Program-made: the position numbers and the translations under genes
The notes under the pieces: generated by a model
Databases searched by the model: none
What the model was told of the DNA's origin: nothing
What the model saw: the letters and a program-made list of their open reading frames with translations, nothing else
DNA from: an uncultured Planctomycetaceae bacterium
GTDB lineage: Bacteria; Planctomycetota; Planctomycetia; Pirellulales; PALSA-1355
Assembly: GCA_963702015.1 (NCBI GenBank)
Contig: OY969698.1
Location: forward strand, 1,137,935 to 1,161,934
Reading direction: 5' to 3'
Length of the DNA: 24,000 nt
Shown here: positions 8,773 to 17,918 of the stretch, one piece after another
Layout: the number at the start of each line of letters is the position of its first letter
Position numbering within the stretch: position 1 is the stretch's first letter

Positions 8773-9635
8773 ATGAAAACCGAACGACGCCACGAGCTCG
8801 AAACCAATCAACTCGCCGATTCGCTCGGGCATTGGGCCGATGCGGTCCGGCCTTACACCAATACCATCCTGGTGGGGATTCTGCTGGTGGTCGTGGGGCG
8901 GCGGTCTATGTCGTCGCTCAGCGCCGCACGGCGGCCGAAACCGCGGCGGCCTGGGACGACTATTTCGCCGCGCTCGCCGCAGCTCGGATCGGCTCAAGCT
9001 GGAAGACCTGGGCGAAGTCCACGCCGGCACGCCGGTCGGCTGGTGGTCGCTGTGCATGGCGGCCGATTTGGGGCTGGACGAGGGAAGCAACCTGCTTTTC
9101 CGCGACAAGGCTGTTGGCCCGCGATATTCTGCGACGCTGCGGCCGATCGCTACCAGACAAGTTCTCGGCGAAACCCGCGAACCGGCCCTGCTCAAGCAGG
9201 CTTCGTTCGGTTTGGCACGCGTGCACGAGTGCTTGGGCGAGATCAAGAAGGCCGAAGAAGAATATCAAGCGATTGCCACCAAATGGCCCGACACTCCTTT
9301 CGCGCTGGCCGCCGAAAAGCGAGCGAAGGACTTGAAACGACCTGAAGACAAGAGAGTTCTACGACTGGTTCGCCAAACAGGACATCGGCAAGCGAAACGC
9401 GCCGCAGTCCCGGCACTCCTGGCTTGCAAATCGCCGTTCAATCTCGACAATCTGCCCGACTCACCCGATCGGTCCGGCACATCGCCAGGCGATGATGCCG
9501 ACGCCAGAGTCGAGCCGCGACGCCCGACGGCCCCTGCGGCGGCGAGCTCCGAAGCGACGACCGACGGCCCATCCTCCGGCACCGATCCGACCGGCAGCCG
9601 CACCGACCGGCGCAAAGCACGCCGAGCGCCAATAG
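8773..9635 (+). CDS. Single-pass membrane-anchored TPR-like protein with a YfgM-like architecture. Frame-disrupted (at least 5 breaks).
   Basis: ATG at 8773. The reading begins MKTERRHELETNQLADSLGHWADAVRPYTNTILVGILLVVVG / AAVYVVAQRRTAAETAAAWDDYFAALAAA, that is, a short cytoplasmic N-terminus, one TM helix and then a helical domain. Later pieces are LGEVHAGTPVGWWSLCMAADLGLDEGSNLLFRDKAVG, EPALLKQASFGLARVHECLGEIKKAEEEYQAIATKWPDTPFALAAEKRAKDLKRPEDK and EFYDWFAKQD. The last frame ends in tandem stops TAG TGA (9633-9638), and the TGA shares its A with the rluD ATG (TGATG). The family assignment rests on architecture only. Confidence 0.45.
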
Positions 9636-9637
9636 TG

Positions 9638-10629
9638 ATGTCTGGCGAATTTTCTGCCGGCGCGCTGATCGAACTGGTTGTTCCTGAAAACCACGCCGGC
9701 AGCCGTCTCGATTGGTTTCTGGCCCAGCAACTGCCGCAATACAGCCGCGTCCATCTGCGTCGGGCAATCAACGCCGTGGGGGTGAAGGTCGAAGGGCACC
9801 GCGCCAAAGGCATCGCATCGCCTCCGCGTGGGAGAGCACGTCTCGATGGTCCTCCCCGATCTGCCACGCGTCGGGCCCGTGCCCGAGAATATCCCGCTCG
9901 ACATCCTGTTCGAGGATGCGGAAATCGCGGCGATCAATAAGCCGCCGGGCATGGTGGTCCATCCGGCCAAAGGGCATTGGGAGGGGACGCTGACCAGTGC
10001 GCTGGCGTTTCATTTCGAGAATCTGAGTGCGGCTGGCGGCCCGACGCGGCCGGGCATCGTGCATCGGCTGGATCGCGACACCAGCGGCGTGCTGGTGGTG
10101 GCCAAGACCGATGCCACCCACATGCGGCTGTCCGAACAGTTCGAGCAGCGGACGACCGAGAAAGAGTATTTTGCGATCGTGGTGGGGGTGCCCGATCGCG
10201 ATCGCGATCTGATCGACTTGCCGATCGGACCGCATCCCTCGCACCGCGAAAAGATGGCGATCCGTCGCGGGCGTCCCGACAGCCGCGAGTCGCAGACGTT
10301 TTACGAAGTGATCGAGCGATTCGACGGTTTTGCGGCCCTCAAGGTGCTGCCCAAGACCGGACGGACGCATCAAATCCGTCTGCACCTGGCCCACATCGGC
10401 TTTCCGGTGCTGTGCGATCGGCTCTATGGCGGCCGGGCGCGGATCACGCGCGGCGAGCTGAGCCGCGACGCGAGCGACACGACCGTGGTCCTCGAGCGGC
10501 AGGCGCTGCACGCGCGGCGATTGAAGATCGTTTCGCCCACGACCGGCGAACCGCTTGGAGTTCGTGGCTCCGCTGCCGGCCGACCTGACCGGCATGCTCG
10601 ACGAGCTGCGGCAATATCGGCCGCGGTGA
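9638..10629 (+). CDS. rluD: RluD-like (RluA-family) 23S rRNA pseudouridine synthase with an N-terminal S4 domain. Two frame breaks, near 9810 and 10555.
   Basis: The reading is MSGEFSAGALIELVVPENHAGSRLDWFLAQQLPQYSRVHLRRAINAVGVKVEGHRAK / HRLRVGEHVSMVLPDLPRVGPVPENIPLDILFEDAEIAAINKPPGMVVHPAKGHWEGTLTSALAFHF ... GIVHRLDRDTSGVLVVAKTDATHMRLSEQFEQRTTEKEYFAIVVG ... LKVLPKTGRTHQIRLHLAHIGFPVLCDRLYGG ... ALHARRLKIVSPTTGEPL / EFVAPLPADLTGMLDELRQYRPR*. The catalytic HRLDRDTSG and KTGRTHQIR motifs are both present. Confidence 0.9.
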
Positions 10630-10674
10630 GCCGATTCGCACGCGCTAAGCGAGCAAGCGGCCGATGGCGCCGCT

Positions 10675-11440
10675 TTATCGCACGTCGGGCTTTTGCGGCT
10701 GATCGGCCGGAGTCTGGCCGAAAAGAAAATGGATCAGGTCGCGGGTGCCGAGCGTCCGCGGACTGGCAAACAGCTCGCCGGCTGGAAATCCGGCGGCGGC
10801 CCCGTGATGCAGCGCCACGGCCTCGACCCGGCGGTAGATGTATTCTTTGGCCGGTGGAAACTGCGTGGCGTAGGCGCGAATGCTGGCCAGCTTGGTCTCG
10901 AGCGTGTCACCGATGTCGACCACCAGGTGCCCGGCCGCCGCCGGCAATTCGAGCGAGGAAAAGGCCAGCGTGAAATAGAGCTGGGCCGAAACGGTGTGGA
11001 CCGGCAAGCCGTCGAAGTACTCGTCCCACTTGGTCAGCCGGGCGTAGAAGACGGCCGCGTCGGTGATCTGCATCGCCTGCCAATGGTCGGGCGAGGCCAG
11101 CGGCGTTTTTTCGCCGAAGCCCAACACCAGCTTGGGCCGATATTTCCGCAGCTCTTTGCCCAGCGCCACGCGCGCCTCGAACGAATCGAACAGCCGACGA
11201 TTCGACAGCCCAAGCTGCACGCGGACATGCACGCCGAGCGTTTCGGCCGCCCGCTCGGCCTCGGCCAAACGGACGTGCGGGCCGGGCGAACCGGGCGTCG
11301 GCTCGCCATCGGTCAGATCGATGATGCCGACCCGATATCCTTGCCGGACCAGTCTGGCCAGCGTGCCGCCGCAGGCGATTTCGACGTCGTCGGGATGGGC
11401 TCCGACGGCGATCGACGTCGAGGGGTGCGAGCTGATTCAT
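10675..11440 (-). CDS. PIG-L/LmbE-family N-acetylglucosaminyl deacetylase (BshB1-like). One frame break near 11412.
   Basis: ATG at 11438-11440. The reading is MNQLAPLDV / [126 protein letters not shown] ... [20 protein letters not shown]. The AHPDD and HxDH-type metal-binding motifs of the PIG-L fold are present. Confidence 0.8.
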
Positions 11441-11475
11441 CGTTTCAGAACTTCGGCAACGAGGCCCGGAACGTC

Positions 11476-12720
11476 TCAGGACTTTACGGCGGCGATCAGG
11501 AAACTGGGGTTGAGGGCGTCGAACCGCATGCGTTCCAGTTGGTAGGTGCCCCGGGCGATGTTGACCATCCACACCTGGACCTCGGGCGCCAAACGCTGCA
11601 GCACCTCGTGAACACCGGCCAGCGTGTCGATCGAGGCCACGTTGGCCACGATCCGGCCGCCGGGGCGCAGCCGCTCGTAAGCCAGTTCGACCACGCTGCC
11701 GATCTCGCGGCCACTGCCGCCGACGAAAATCGCGTCGGGAGCCGGCAGCGCGGCCCAGGCGTCGGGCGCCCGGCCCAGCACGGGCACCAGATTGCGCACG
11801 GCGAACCGCTCGGCGTTGGCGATGATCAGAGCATGATCGTCCGGATCCATTTCGATGGCGTAGGTCGTGCCGGCGGCCGCGATCTGCGCGGCCTCGATCG
11901 CCACCGATCCGCTGCCGGCCCCGATGTCCCAGACGATGCTGGCCGGTCCCAAGTCCAACTCGGCCAGCGCCAGCGCCCGCACCTCGGCCGGAGTCAACAA
12001 ACCCTGCTTGGGCTTCGACTGCAAAAACGCTTCGTCCGGGTTGCCGAACAGTCGCCGGCCAATCGCCTCGCTGGGCCGGTCGGGGACGTTGGGTTTGCGG
12101 ATCAGGATCATCACGTTGAGCGCCGAAAACTGCTCGCCGGCGATCTCGGCCAGTTCGCCATGCGTCACGCGCTCGTCGGGCGAACCGAGATTCTCGCAGA
12201 CATAGGCCGAAAAATAATCGATCCGCCGGTCCAGCAGGGCCTGGGCAACCGCCGCGGGGGAATGCTGCTCGCTGGTGAACAACCCGACCGTCGTGGCCGT
12301 GCGAATCCGCTCGACGACCTGTTCCAGCGGGTGGTTGGCCAGGTTCGTCAGAAACGCTTCTTCCCAGCTTTCTTTCACCCGGGCGAAGGCCAATTGCATG
12401 CTGCTGACGTGCGGCACGACGTCGAACGAGTCTTTGCCGAGCTTGTCGCAAAGATAGCGGGCCACGCCGTAAAACAGCGGATCGCCCGAGGCCAGCACCA
12501 CCGCCCGCTTGCCGCCGAGTTTCGAGAGCCTTTCGACGGCCTGGTCGAGATTGGCCGCCAGCGCGCAGCGCTGGGCTTTCGACGGCGGGACTTTGGCCAG
12601 CGTGGCTTCGGTTCCCAGCAGCAGTTCGGCCTCATCGATCAATCGCCGCGCGCCGGCCGTTACTCCGTCGAGTCCGTCGTCGCCGATGCCGATGATGTGG
12701 ATCTTGCGTGCCGCGGCCAA
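11476..12720 (-). CDS. cobL: Precorrin-6Y C5,15-methyltransferase (decarboxylating), a CbiE/CbiT fusion (CobL). Intact 414-codon ORF.
   Basis: Single open frame, apparently with a TTG start. The CbiE half reads KIHIIGIGDDGLDGVTAGARRLIDEAELLLG ... AVVLASGDPLFYGVARYLCDKLGKDSFDVVPHVSSMQLAFARV ... VCENLGSPDERVTHGELAEIAGEQFSALNVMILIR. The CbiT half reads GLLTPAEVRALALAELDLGPASIVWDIGAGSGSVAIEAA ... YAIEMDPDDHALIIANAERFAVRNLVPVLGRAPDAW ... PDAIFVGGSG ... LRPGGRIVANVASIDTL. Confidence 0.9.
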   Translation of the reverse strand: MAAARKIHIIGIGDDGLDGVTAGARRLIDEAELLLGTEATLAKVPPSKAQRCALAANLDQAVERLSKLGGKRAVVLASGDPLFYGVARYLCDKLGKDSFDVVPHVSSMQLAFARVKESWEEAFLTNLANHPLEQVVERIRTATTVGLFTSEQHSPAAVAQALLDRRIDYFSAYVCENLGSPDERVTHGELAEIAGEQFSALNVMILIRKPNVPDRPSEAIGRRLFGNPDEAFLQSKPKQGLLTPAEVRALALAELDLGPASIVWDIGAGSGSVAIEAAQIAAAGTTYAIEMDPDDHALIIANAERFAVRNLVPVLGRAPDAWAALPAPDAIFVGGSGREIGSVVELAYERLRPGGRIVANVASIDTLAGVHEVLQRLAPEVQVWMVNIARGTYQLERMRFDALNPSFLIAAVKS

Positions 12721-12858
12721 GAGTGTTTGCTCCGATCGAGGGAAATGCCGGTAGACGACCCGAATTCTAAAGGATCGCCCGAGCGGGCGAAAGCGGGCCG
12801 ATCGGACACCGCCGCCGCCGTGCGGCTGGCTGCTGCATCGGCCGCCGTCGACGCGGCC

Positions 12859-14188
12859 TTATGGGCCGTAAAAGGCGGCACTGCCGAAACTGACGCAAGA
12901 AGTGCCGTCGGGCTCGACCGCCTGGCCATACTTCAAAAGCTCGCCGCGGCGGGGCTGCATCACCTCGAGCATCGTGTAGGTGGGGGAAAGCCCACAGATG
13001 CGATTGGCGTCTTTCTCCCGGGCGATCTCGTCGAACAGGGCCGTGGCGTCGGCCCGGCAGGCGGCGTCGAGCAGGCGCAGGTCGCTGGCGGATTGGGCAT
13101 CGAGCCGTTCGCGATTCAAGAGTTGCCGATCGCCGAATCGCTGGCCGATGTGGGCCAGGTCGCCGCCGCTGATGTAGCAGACACGGCCCCGCGTTTTCCG
13201 CCGTGCAGTGCTGGGCGGCGGTTTGCCGCATCGCCTCGCTGAATGCCGACACCGCGGCGTCGGTCCGCGGCTGGCGCCCCTCGGCGATGAACGAGTGGAA
13301 CGAACCGGTCAGGATCGGCACGATTTTGAACGGCCGGCGACCGCCGAGCAAATATTGCAAAAAGAGGACCTGGAACTCGATCGAGTGTTCGTAGCGATGG
13401 GCCAGGTCGCTGGCGAACAGGTCGACGTCGGCTCCGCCGGGCAGTTTTTTCAGGTTGGCCGACAAGCGATTGACGAACGCCAGATCGGTCTCGACCGTTC
13501 CCAGCGGCGTGTCGAAATGTTTGCGCAGGGCCGAGAAGAGATAACGCATCGGCGAATGAGCCGTGCCGAAGATGACGAACAAGTCGGCGTCGCTTTCGTC
13601 GACCAACCGCTGATAGGCCCAGGCGAACGCCGGCCCGCCGCGGCGCAGGTCGATGTGCGGGCTGAGAACGCCCAGCAACCGGCGGACTCGGCGGCGGCTG
13701 CGATCACCGGCAGCCGGCTCCGCCAGCGCCGGCGGACCGCTCCAGGCTGGCCGGCAGACCCGGGCCGGCGGGGGGAAGAAAGAGGGCGTCGAGTTGCTTG
13801 AGCAGTGGCTCGGGCTGCGCCGGCATAGGCACCGCCGGCATGGACGGCCGGCCGCACTTTGCTGTTGAGGTATTGCTCGACTTCGAGTTTCCAGCGGAGA
13901 CGAAAGCGCTCGTTCTCCAGGAAGAATCGCTCGTCGAGCTGGGAGATCAGCCGCTCGAGATCTTCCAGCTCCACCGGCTCGCCGAATTGCCGCTGGAACT
14001 GCGTCTTGAATTTCGGCCAGGGTCCGATCGCCGTTCATCAGCGACGCCAACACGGCGGCGGGATAGGGAATCACGATCGAGCTGGCAAAGCCGTCCGGAT
14101 CGCGCAGCGCGAAGTGGACTTCGCCATCGGTGCGATTGACGGGAAAGCTTTCGACGTCGCGCAGCCGAGGTCGTAAGACTTGCGTCAT
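12859..14188 (-). CDS. Memo-like protein (AmmeMemoRadiSam system protein B family) with an N-terminal extension of about 150 codons. Four frame breaks, near 14013, 13830, 13740 and 13195.
   Basis: The N-terminal extension reads MTQVLRPRLRDVESFPVNRTDGEVHFALRDPDGFASSIVIPYPAAVLASLMNGDRTLAEIQ / TQFQRQFGEPVELEDLERLISQLDERFFLENERFRLRWKLEVEQYLNSKVRPAVHAGGAYAG. The Memo core follows: LLGVLSPHIDLRRGGPAFAWAYQRLVDESDADLFVIFGTAHSPMRYLFSALRKHFDTPLGTVETDLAFVNRLSANL ... ASDLAHRYEHSIEFQVLFLQYLLGGRRPFKIVPILTGSFHSFI / RVCYISGGDLAHIGQRFGD ... DANRICGLSPTYTMLEVM ... VSFGSAAFYGP*. Confidence 0.75.
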
Positions 14189-14357
14189 GCTCCACCTCCG
14201 CTCCAGGGCCCGATGCAGCATGTCCCTGCGCGCGGCGGATCGACGGCAGCGGCGCCGGCACGCGAAAATCGCGGTGCCGTGCGAGCATTGTTTGGCAGCG
14301 GTGGCCGAATGTCAATATTCGCGCGCGGCGGCCCGGCAGATGCCCGGCGAGGCAGCA

Positions 14358-14409
14358 GGAAAAAAGCCGCCCGCGGGGCGCTCGTCGGGTAGAGGCAAGA
14401 CCCGACGAG
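14358..14409 (-). terminator. Rho-independent terminator downstream of the sugar transferase gene.
   Basis: On the minus strand there is a 9-bp perfect hairpin, CTCGTCGGG (11-nt loop) CCCGACGAG, at 14381-14409. It is followed by a 5-bp GC hairpin (14368-14380), then GC and a run of six T (14360-14365). This lies about 80 nt past the stop at 14486. Confidence 0.55.
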
Positions 14410-14485
14410 CAGCTCCGCGCGGGCGTTATGGATCTGCGAGCGATCGACGGCTCGACGCGAGACGGTCGATCGGCGGGGCTGGCGG

Positions 14486-15916
14486 CTAGTAAGCGTTTTC
14501 GCGTTTGAAGACGGTGAAAATCGTGCGAAAGAGGATCTTGAAGTCTTTCCAGAGACTCCATTCGCGGATGTATTGATGGTCGAATTCGATCCGCTTTTCC
14601 ATTTTGTAGAGCGTGTCGGTTTCGCCCCGCCAGCCGTTGACCTGGGCCAGGCCGGTAATGCCCGGCCGGACTTTGTGCCGCAGCATGTAACCGCGAATGT
14701 GGCGGCGATATTCTTCGTTATGGGCGGTGGCGTGGGGCCGCGGGCCGACCAGGCTCATGCTGCCGCCGAGAACATTGAACAGTTGCGGCAATTCGTCGAG
14801 CGACGTGCGCCGCAAAAATCCGCCGATGGGGGTGATCCGCGCGTCGTTGCGCGTCGCCTGGCGGACGACCGGTCCGTCTTCGTCGGTGTCCATCGTGCGA
14901 AATTTCCAAACGCGAATCTCGCGGCCGTCCATGCCGTAGCGCCGTTGACGGAAAAAGACCGGGCCGGCCGAAGTCAGCTTGACCGCCGCCGCCACCAGCA
15001 GCATCGGCACCGCCAGGAAGACGAGCATCAGGCTGGCCAGCACGAAGTCGGTCACTCGCTTCAAGAGCCCGTCGACGCCGTAGAACGGATGGTCGAACAC
15101 GGCCACGACCGGCAAACCGCCAATGTCGGTCCAGCACGAATGGAGCAGCTCGAAGACGAAAAAATCGGGAACAATGTAGACCGAAGCGGTCGAATCGCTC
15201 AGTTCGGTCAACAGCCGGCGAATCCGCTGCTCCGCCCGCATGGGCAGCGTGATGTAGATCCGGTCGATCTCGCCCGAGCGGGCCAGTTCGATCAACTGTT
15301 GGATATCGCCGACTCGCTTGCCGATTTCGGGCGGCACGGCGGGCAGGCGATGCGGCGGCCGATCGTCGAAGAAGCCGACCAGCTTCAGGCCGAGGTCGGG
15401 CGTATTGGCGATATTCGTGGCCAATTGAAATCCGAGTTCGTTGACGCCCAGCACGGCAAAGCCCCGCGCGTGGATGCCGCCCGCGCGGAGCAGCCGCTGA
15501 ATCCCTCGTGCGCCGAGCCGCAACGCCGCCAGCAGCAGGATGGCGAGCAAGAACCACTCGACAAGCACCGCCGAGCTCCAAGGAGCGGGCGTGTGGCTCA
15601 CGCGATCGTACAGCCAGTGGCCGGCGAACATCGGAGGCAACGTGCAGGCCCAGGTGCCGATGGCCGAGGCCAGTTCGCGGTTCGGCGAGATGCCGCGCCA
15701 GTTGCGATAGGTGCCGCGGGCTTCGGCCAACACGAAATAGAGGATCACCGCCGCGGCGCCCGAGAGCGACGTCGGCACTTCGACCACCGTCGGCGAGATC
15801 GCCGAGACCGACGTCAATCCGCCCGCGATCGCCAGCGCGTCGGCCAGACGATGAAAGACGGTGATCAGCGAACTGTGCTGACGGATGCGTCGCGGTGTCG
15901 AAATCATCGCGGGCAA
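14486..15916 (-). CDS. Polyprenyl (undecaprenyl)-phosphate hexose-1-phosphate transferase, WbaP/WcaJ type, an exopolysaccharide-initiating enzyme. Intact 476-codon ORF.
   Basis: Single open frame. The N-terminal half has multiple TM helices, followed by a Rossmann-like CoA-binding-type linker (FAVLGVNELGFQLATNI ... LVGFFDD). The C-terminal bacterial sugar transferase domain reads KRVTDFVLASLMLVFLAVPMLLVAAAVKLTSAGPVFFRQRRYGMDGREIRVWKFRTM ... DARITPIGGFLRRTSLDELPQLFNVLGGSMSLVGPRPH ... RPGITGLAQVNGWRGET ... KRIEFDHQYIREWSLWKDFKILFRTIF. Confidence 0.9.
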   Translation of the reverse strand: MPAMISTPRRIRQHSSLITVFHRLADALAIAGGLTSVSAISPTVVEVPTSLSGAAAVILYFVLAEARGTYRNWRGISPNRELASAIGTWACTLPPMFAGHWLYDRVSHTPAPWSSAVLVEWFLLAILLLAALRLGARGIQRLLRAGGIHARGFAVLGVNELGFQLATNIANTPDLGLKLVGFFDDRPPHRLPAVPPEIGKRVGDIQQLIELARSGEIDRIYITLPMRAEQRIRRLLTELSDSTASVYIVPDFFVFELLHSCWTDIGGLPVVAVFDHPFYGVDGLLKRVTDFVLASLMLVFLAVPMLLVAAAVKLTSAGPVFFRQRRYGMDGREIRVWKFRTMDTDEDGPVVRQATRNDARITPIGGFLRRTSLDELPQLFNVLGGSMSLVGPRPHATAHNEEYRRHIRGYMLRHKVRPGITGLAQVNGWRGETDTLYKMEKRIEFDHQYIREWSLWKDFKILFRTIFTVFKRENAY

Positions 15917-16191
15917 CCTCTCTTGTGGAGTTCTTCCGATGCCGGACTGCTCGGCAAGCCCTCTGGCTCGCCGGAGTTGTGCTCGAAAGCAGCACTGGCC
16001 GTGGGTGCCGCGATGTCGCCGCTCGCGACTCGCGTCTGGCGCACTTTCAAACAGACTTCACAGAAACCATAGGTTACGGCAGGCTCGTTGCCGCAGCCAA
16101 GGAGAGAACCGATTGGAGCAACGGGACGGGACAGGCGGATGGCCCGCGAAGGAATGGGGCCTGCGTTTGCCGCCGCATCCGGCGGGCTGTT

Positions 16192-17683
16192 CAGGACCCC
16201 AAAGCCTCGAGGAACTCGCCGTATTGGCGGTCGAGCTGGGGATAGTCCGGCACCGGTCAGCCGGCTGAGCGTGTCAGAATCGGCACGGTCGGTATAAACG
16301 GCCTCGAGATAGGCGGCGGTCGCCTCGGGATAGCGATCCAAGAGAAAGGCGGCCAACCCTGCCGATTGGGTGTAGAGCCGGACGATGTCGGGATGGCCCT
16401 GCAAATCGTGCATGCCCAAGCGGACCAGCTTGGCCAACGGCAGGTAGACACCATCGCGAAGCCGCCGCTGCCGTGCGACGGGCATGCGACCGGCATCGGC
16501 GCCGCCGAGCGTGTAATAGCCTTGGTGCCGAACGAGCGACTGCATGTAGCAGGCCACGGCCTCGACGATCCAATAGTTCTCCCGCCGGCCGACGTCTTTG
16601 GCGACTTGCCGGCTTTCGTGGAACAACTGATGGGTCGCTTCGTGGTCGATGGTGCCGGGTTCCTGATCGGCGCCGGCGAAGAAATAGGCCGTGTGGCTGC
16701 TGGCAAGATAGATTCCCAGCGTCATCTCGATCTGCGGCTGCGCGGCACGAAGTTCATCGTTGTACTGCTCGCGCGTGCGGTAATAGACGACGTTGTGCTT
16801 CGGGCCGGCGTGGCTCGACAGCGGATCGCCCGCGGCCAGTCGCTCGGACAGTTCCGCCTCGTCGATGAGATAGCCGGTGAAGACTTGCTGCCAGATGGCT
16901 CGCAACCGTTCCAATTGCCCGGCCAACGCCACCCCCTCTTCCAACCCACGATTGGTCGTCACGACGTAATGGTCGGTTTCGATGCGCCAGTCGTCGCGCA
17001 TCTCGCCGCGGAGCCGGGCTTCGTCGGCCGAGCGACATCCAGCGGCCCTGGAAAAATCGCTCGCCGTTTTCATAACGAGCCACGTAGCCCTTGGGCAGCC
17101 AGCCGAAACGCTCGTGCCACGACTTGCCGGCCTTGAGCTGCTCGATTTCGAACGGCGTTTGCCAAGAGCCGTGATCGATTGGGCGAAGCCCAAGAACCGC
17201 CACGCCCGTCGGCAAGCGGAATCTTCGCGGGCGGCCTCGGACACCAACTGGCAAGCCAACGACGCTTGGTGCTGCTCGGCGGCTTGCTCGGCCAGGCGGT
17301 AGAGCGCAGCGGCCTGCTCGCGCCGCAGCCGCGCAAATCGCTCGGCGAACTCCGCTGCCTGCCGATCCGTCGGGATCTGCGGCTTCCGGCGGCGATTCCT
17401 GGACGGCCGCCAGCGAACGAAATTCGGCGGGAACGAAAAGATATTGCCGGTCCGATTGCCGCACTGGCAGCCAGGAGCGCACGAGCGCGGCCCGCTCGGT
17501 CAGATGCTGCTCGTCACACCAGGCGGCCAGACCTTCCAACCGCGTGGCGTAGGCGCGATACAAATCGGTCCGCGCGGCGGCCAGGTCGGCCAAATTCTCG
17601 TCGGCCAATGCCCAACGAGCCCCGACGACGCCGGCGGCCAGCGCAGAGGTGGAACCGATCAAGAATTGCCGCCGTGAGAGCAT
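16192..17683 (-). CDS. Tat-exported putative zinc metallopeptidase-like protein (HExxH; DUF1570-like). Four frame breaks, near 17372, 17185, 17030 and 16248.
   Basis: ATG at 17681-17683 with a twin-arginine leader, MLSRRQFLIGSTSALAAGVVGARWALA. The later pieces are, in order:
- AEFAERFARLRREQAAALYRLAEQAAEQHQASLACQLVSEAARED
- PIDHGSWQTPFEIEQLKAGKSWHERFGWLPKGYVARYENGERFFQGRWMS
- ADEARLRGEMRDDWRIETDHYVVTTNRGLEEGVALAGQLERLRAIWQQVF ... HNVVYYRTREQYNDEL ... AYFFAGADQEPGTIDHEATHQLFHESRQ ... NYWIVEAVACYMQSL ... LYTQSAGLAAFLL
- DYPQLDRQYGEFLEALGS* (stop at 16192-16194)
The HEATH motif matches HExxH. The DUF1570 name comes from memory of the family and is not a search result. Confidence 0.6.
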
Positions 17684-17918
17684 ATGCTTTAGTCTATCAT
17701 CGGTCGCCCGCGGTAGCGGATGAGGCAGCGACTACCTTGCGGCGGTCGAACTGCAACCTAAACTCTAATAAATTCAGTTTTGACGGTTAAGCCCGGCCTG
17801 TCGCGGCAGTTTTTGCCTGCAATTGCGCGGCCCGCGGGGAGCGAATCCCGGCGGGGGATGAGCCGGCGCGAATCGATCTAAAAAACACCCGCGCCAACTC
17901 CGCGAGGCACCGTCCCTG

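Noticed and set aside
10656-10674. Hairpin AGCGGC-CGATGGC-GCCGCT between the convergent rluD and PIG-L genes, considered as a bidirectional terminator.
   Set aside because: It has only a 6-bp stem and no real U-tract on either strand. It directly abuts the PIG-L stop codon. This is too weak to call.
10675-11440. Assigning the PIG-L gene specifically to bacillithiol biosynthesis (bshB1).
   Set aside because: LmbE/PIG-L deacetylases serve several pathways, and no bshA or bshC is visible in the window. Only the family-level call is supported.
10693-13242. 849-codon plus-strand ORF, the longest in the track.
   Set aside because: It runs antisense across three well-supported minus-strand genes (PIG-L, cobL, Memo-like) and across their intergenic gaps. 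Its composition is the R/G/A/D/Q-rich pattern of a shadow frame in GC-rich DNA, and it has no recognisable motif.
14573-16072. 499-codon plus-strand ORF.
   Set aside because: It is antisense to the intact sugar transferase gene and is a shadow ORF with low-complexity, Arg-rich content.
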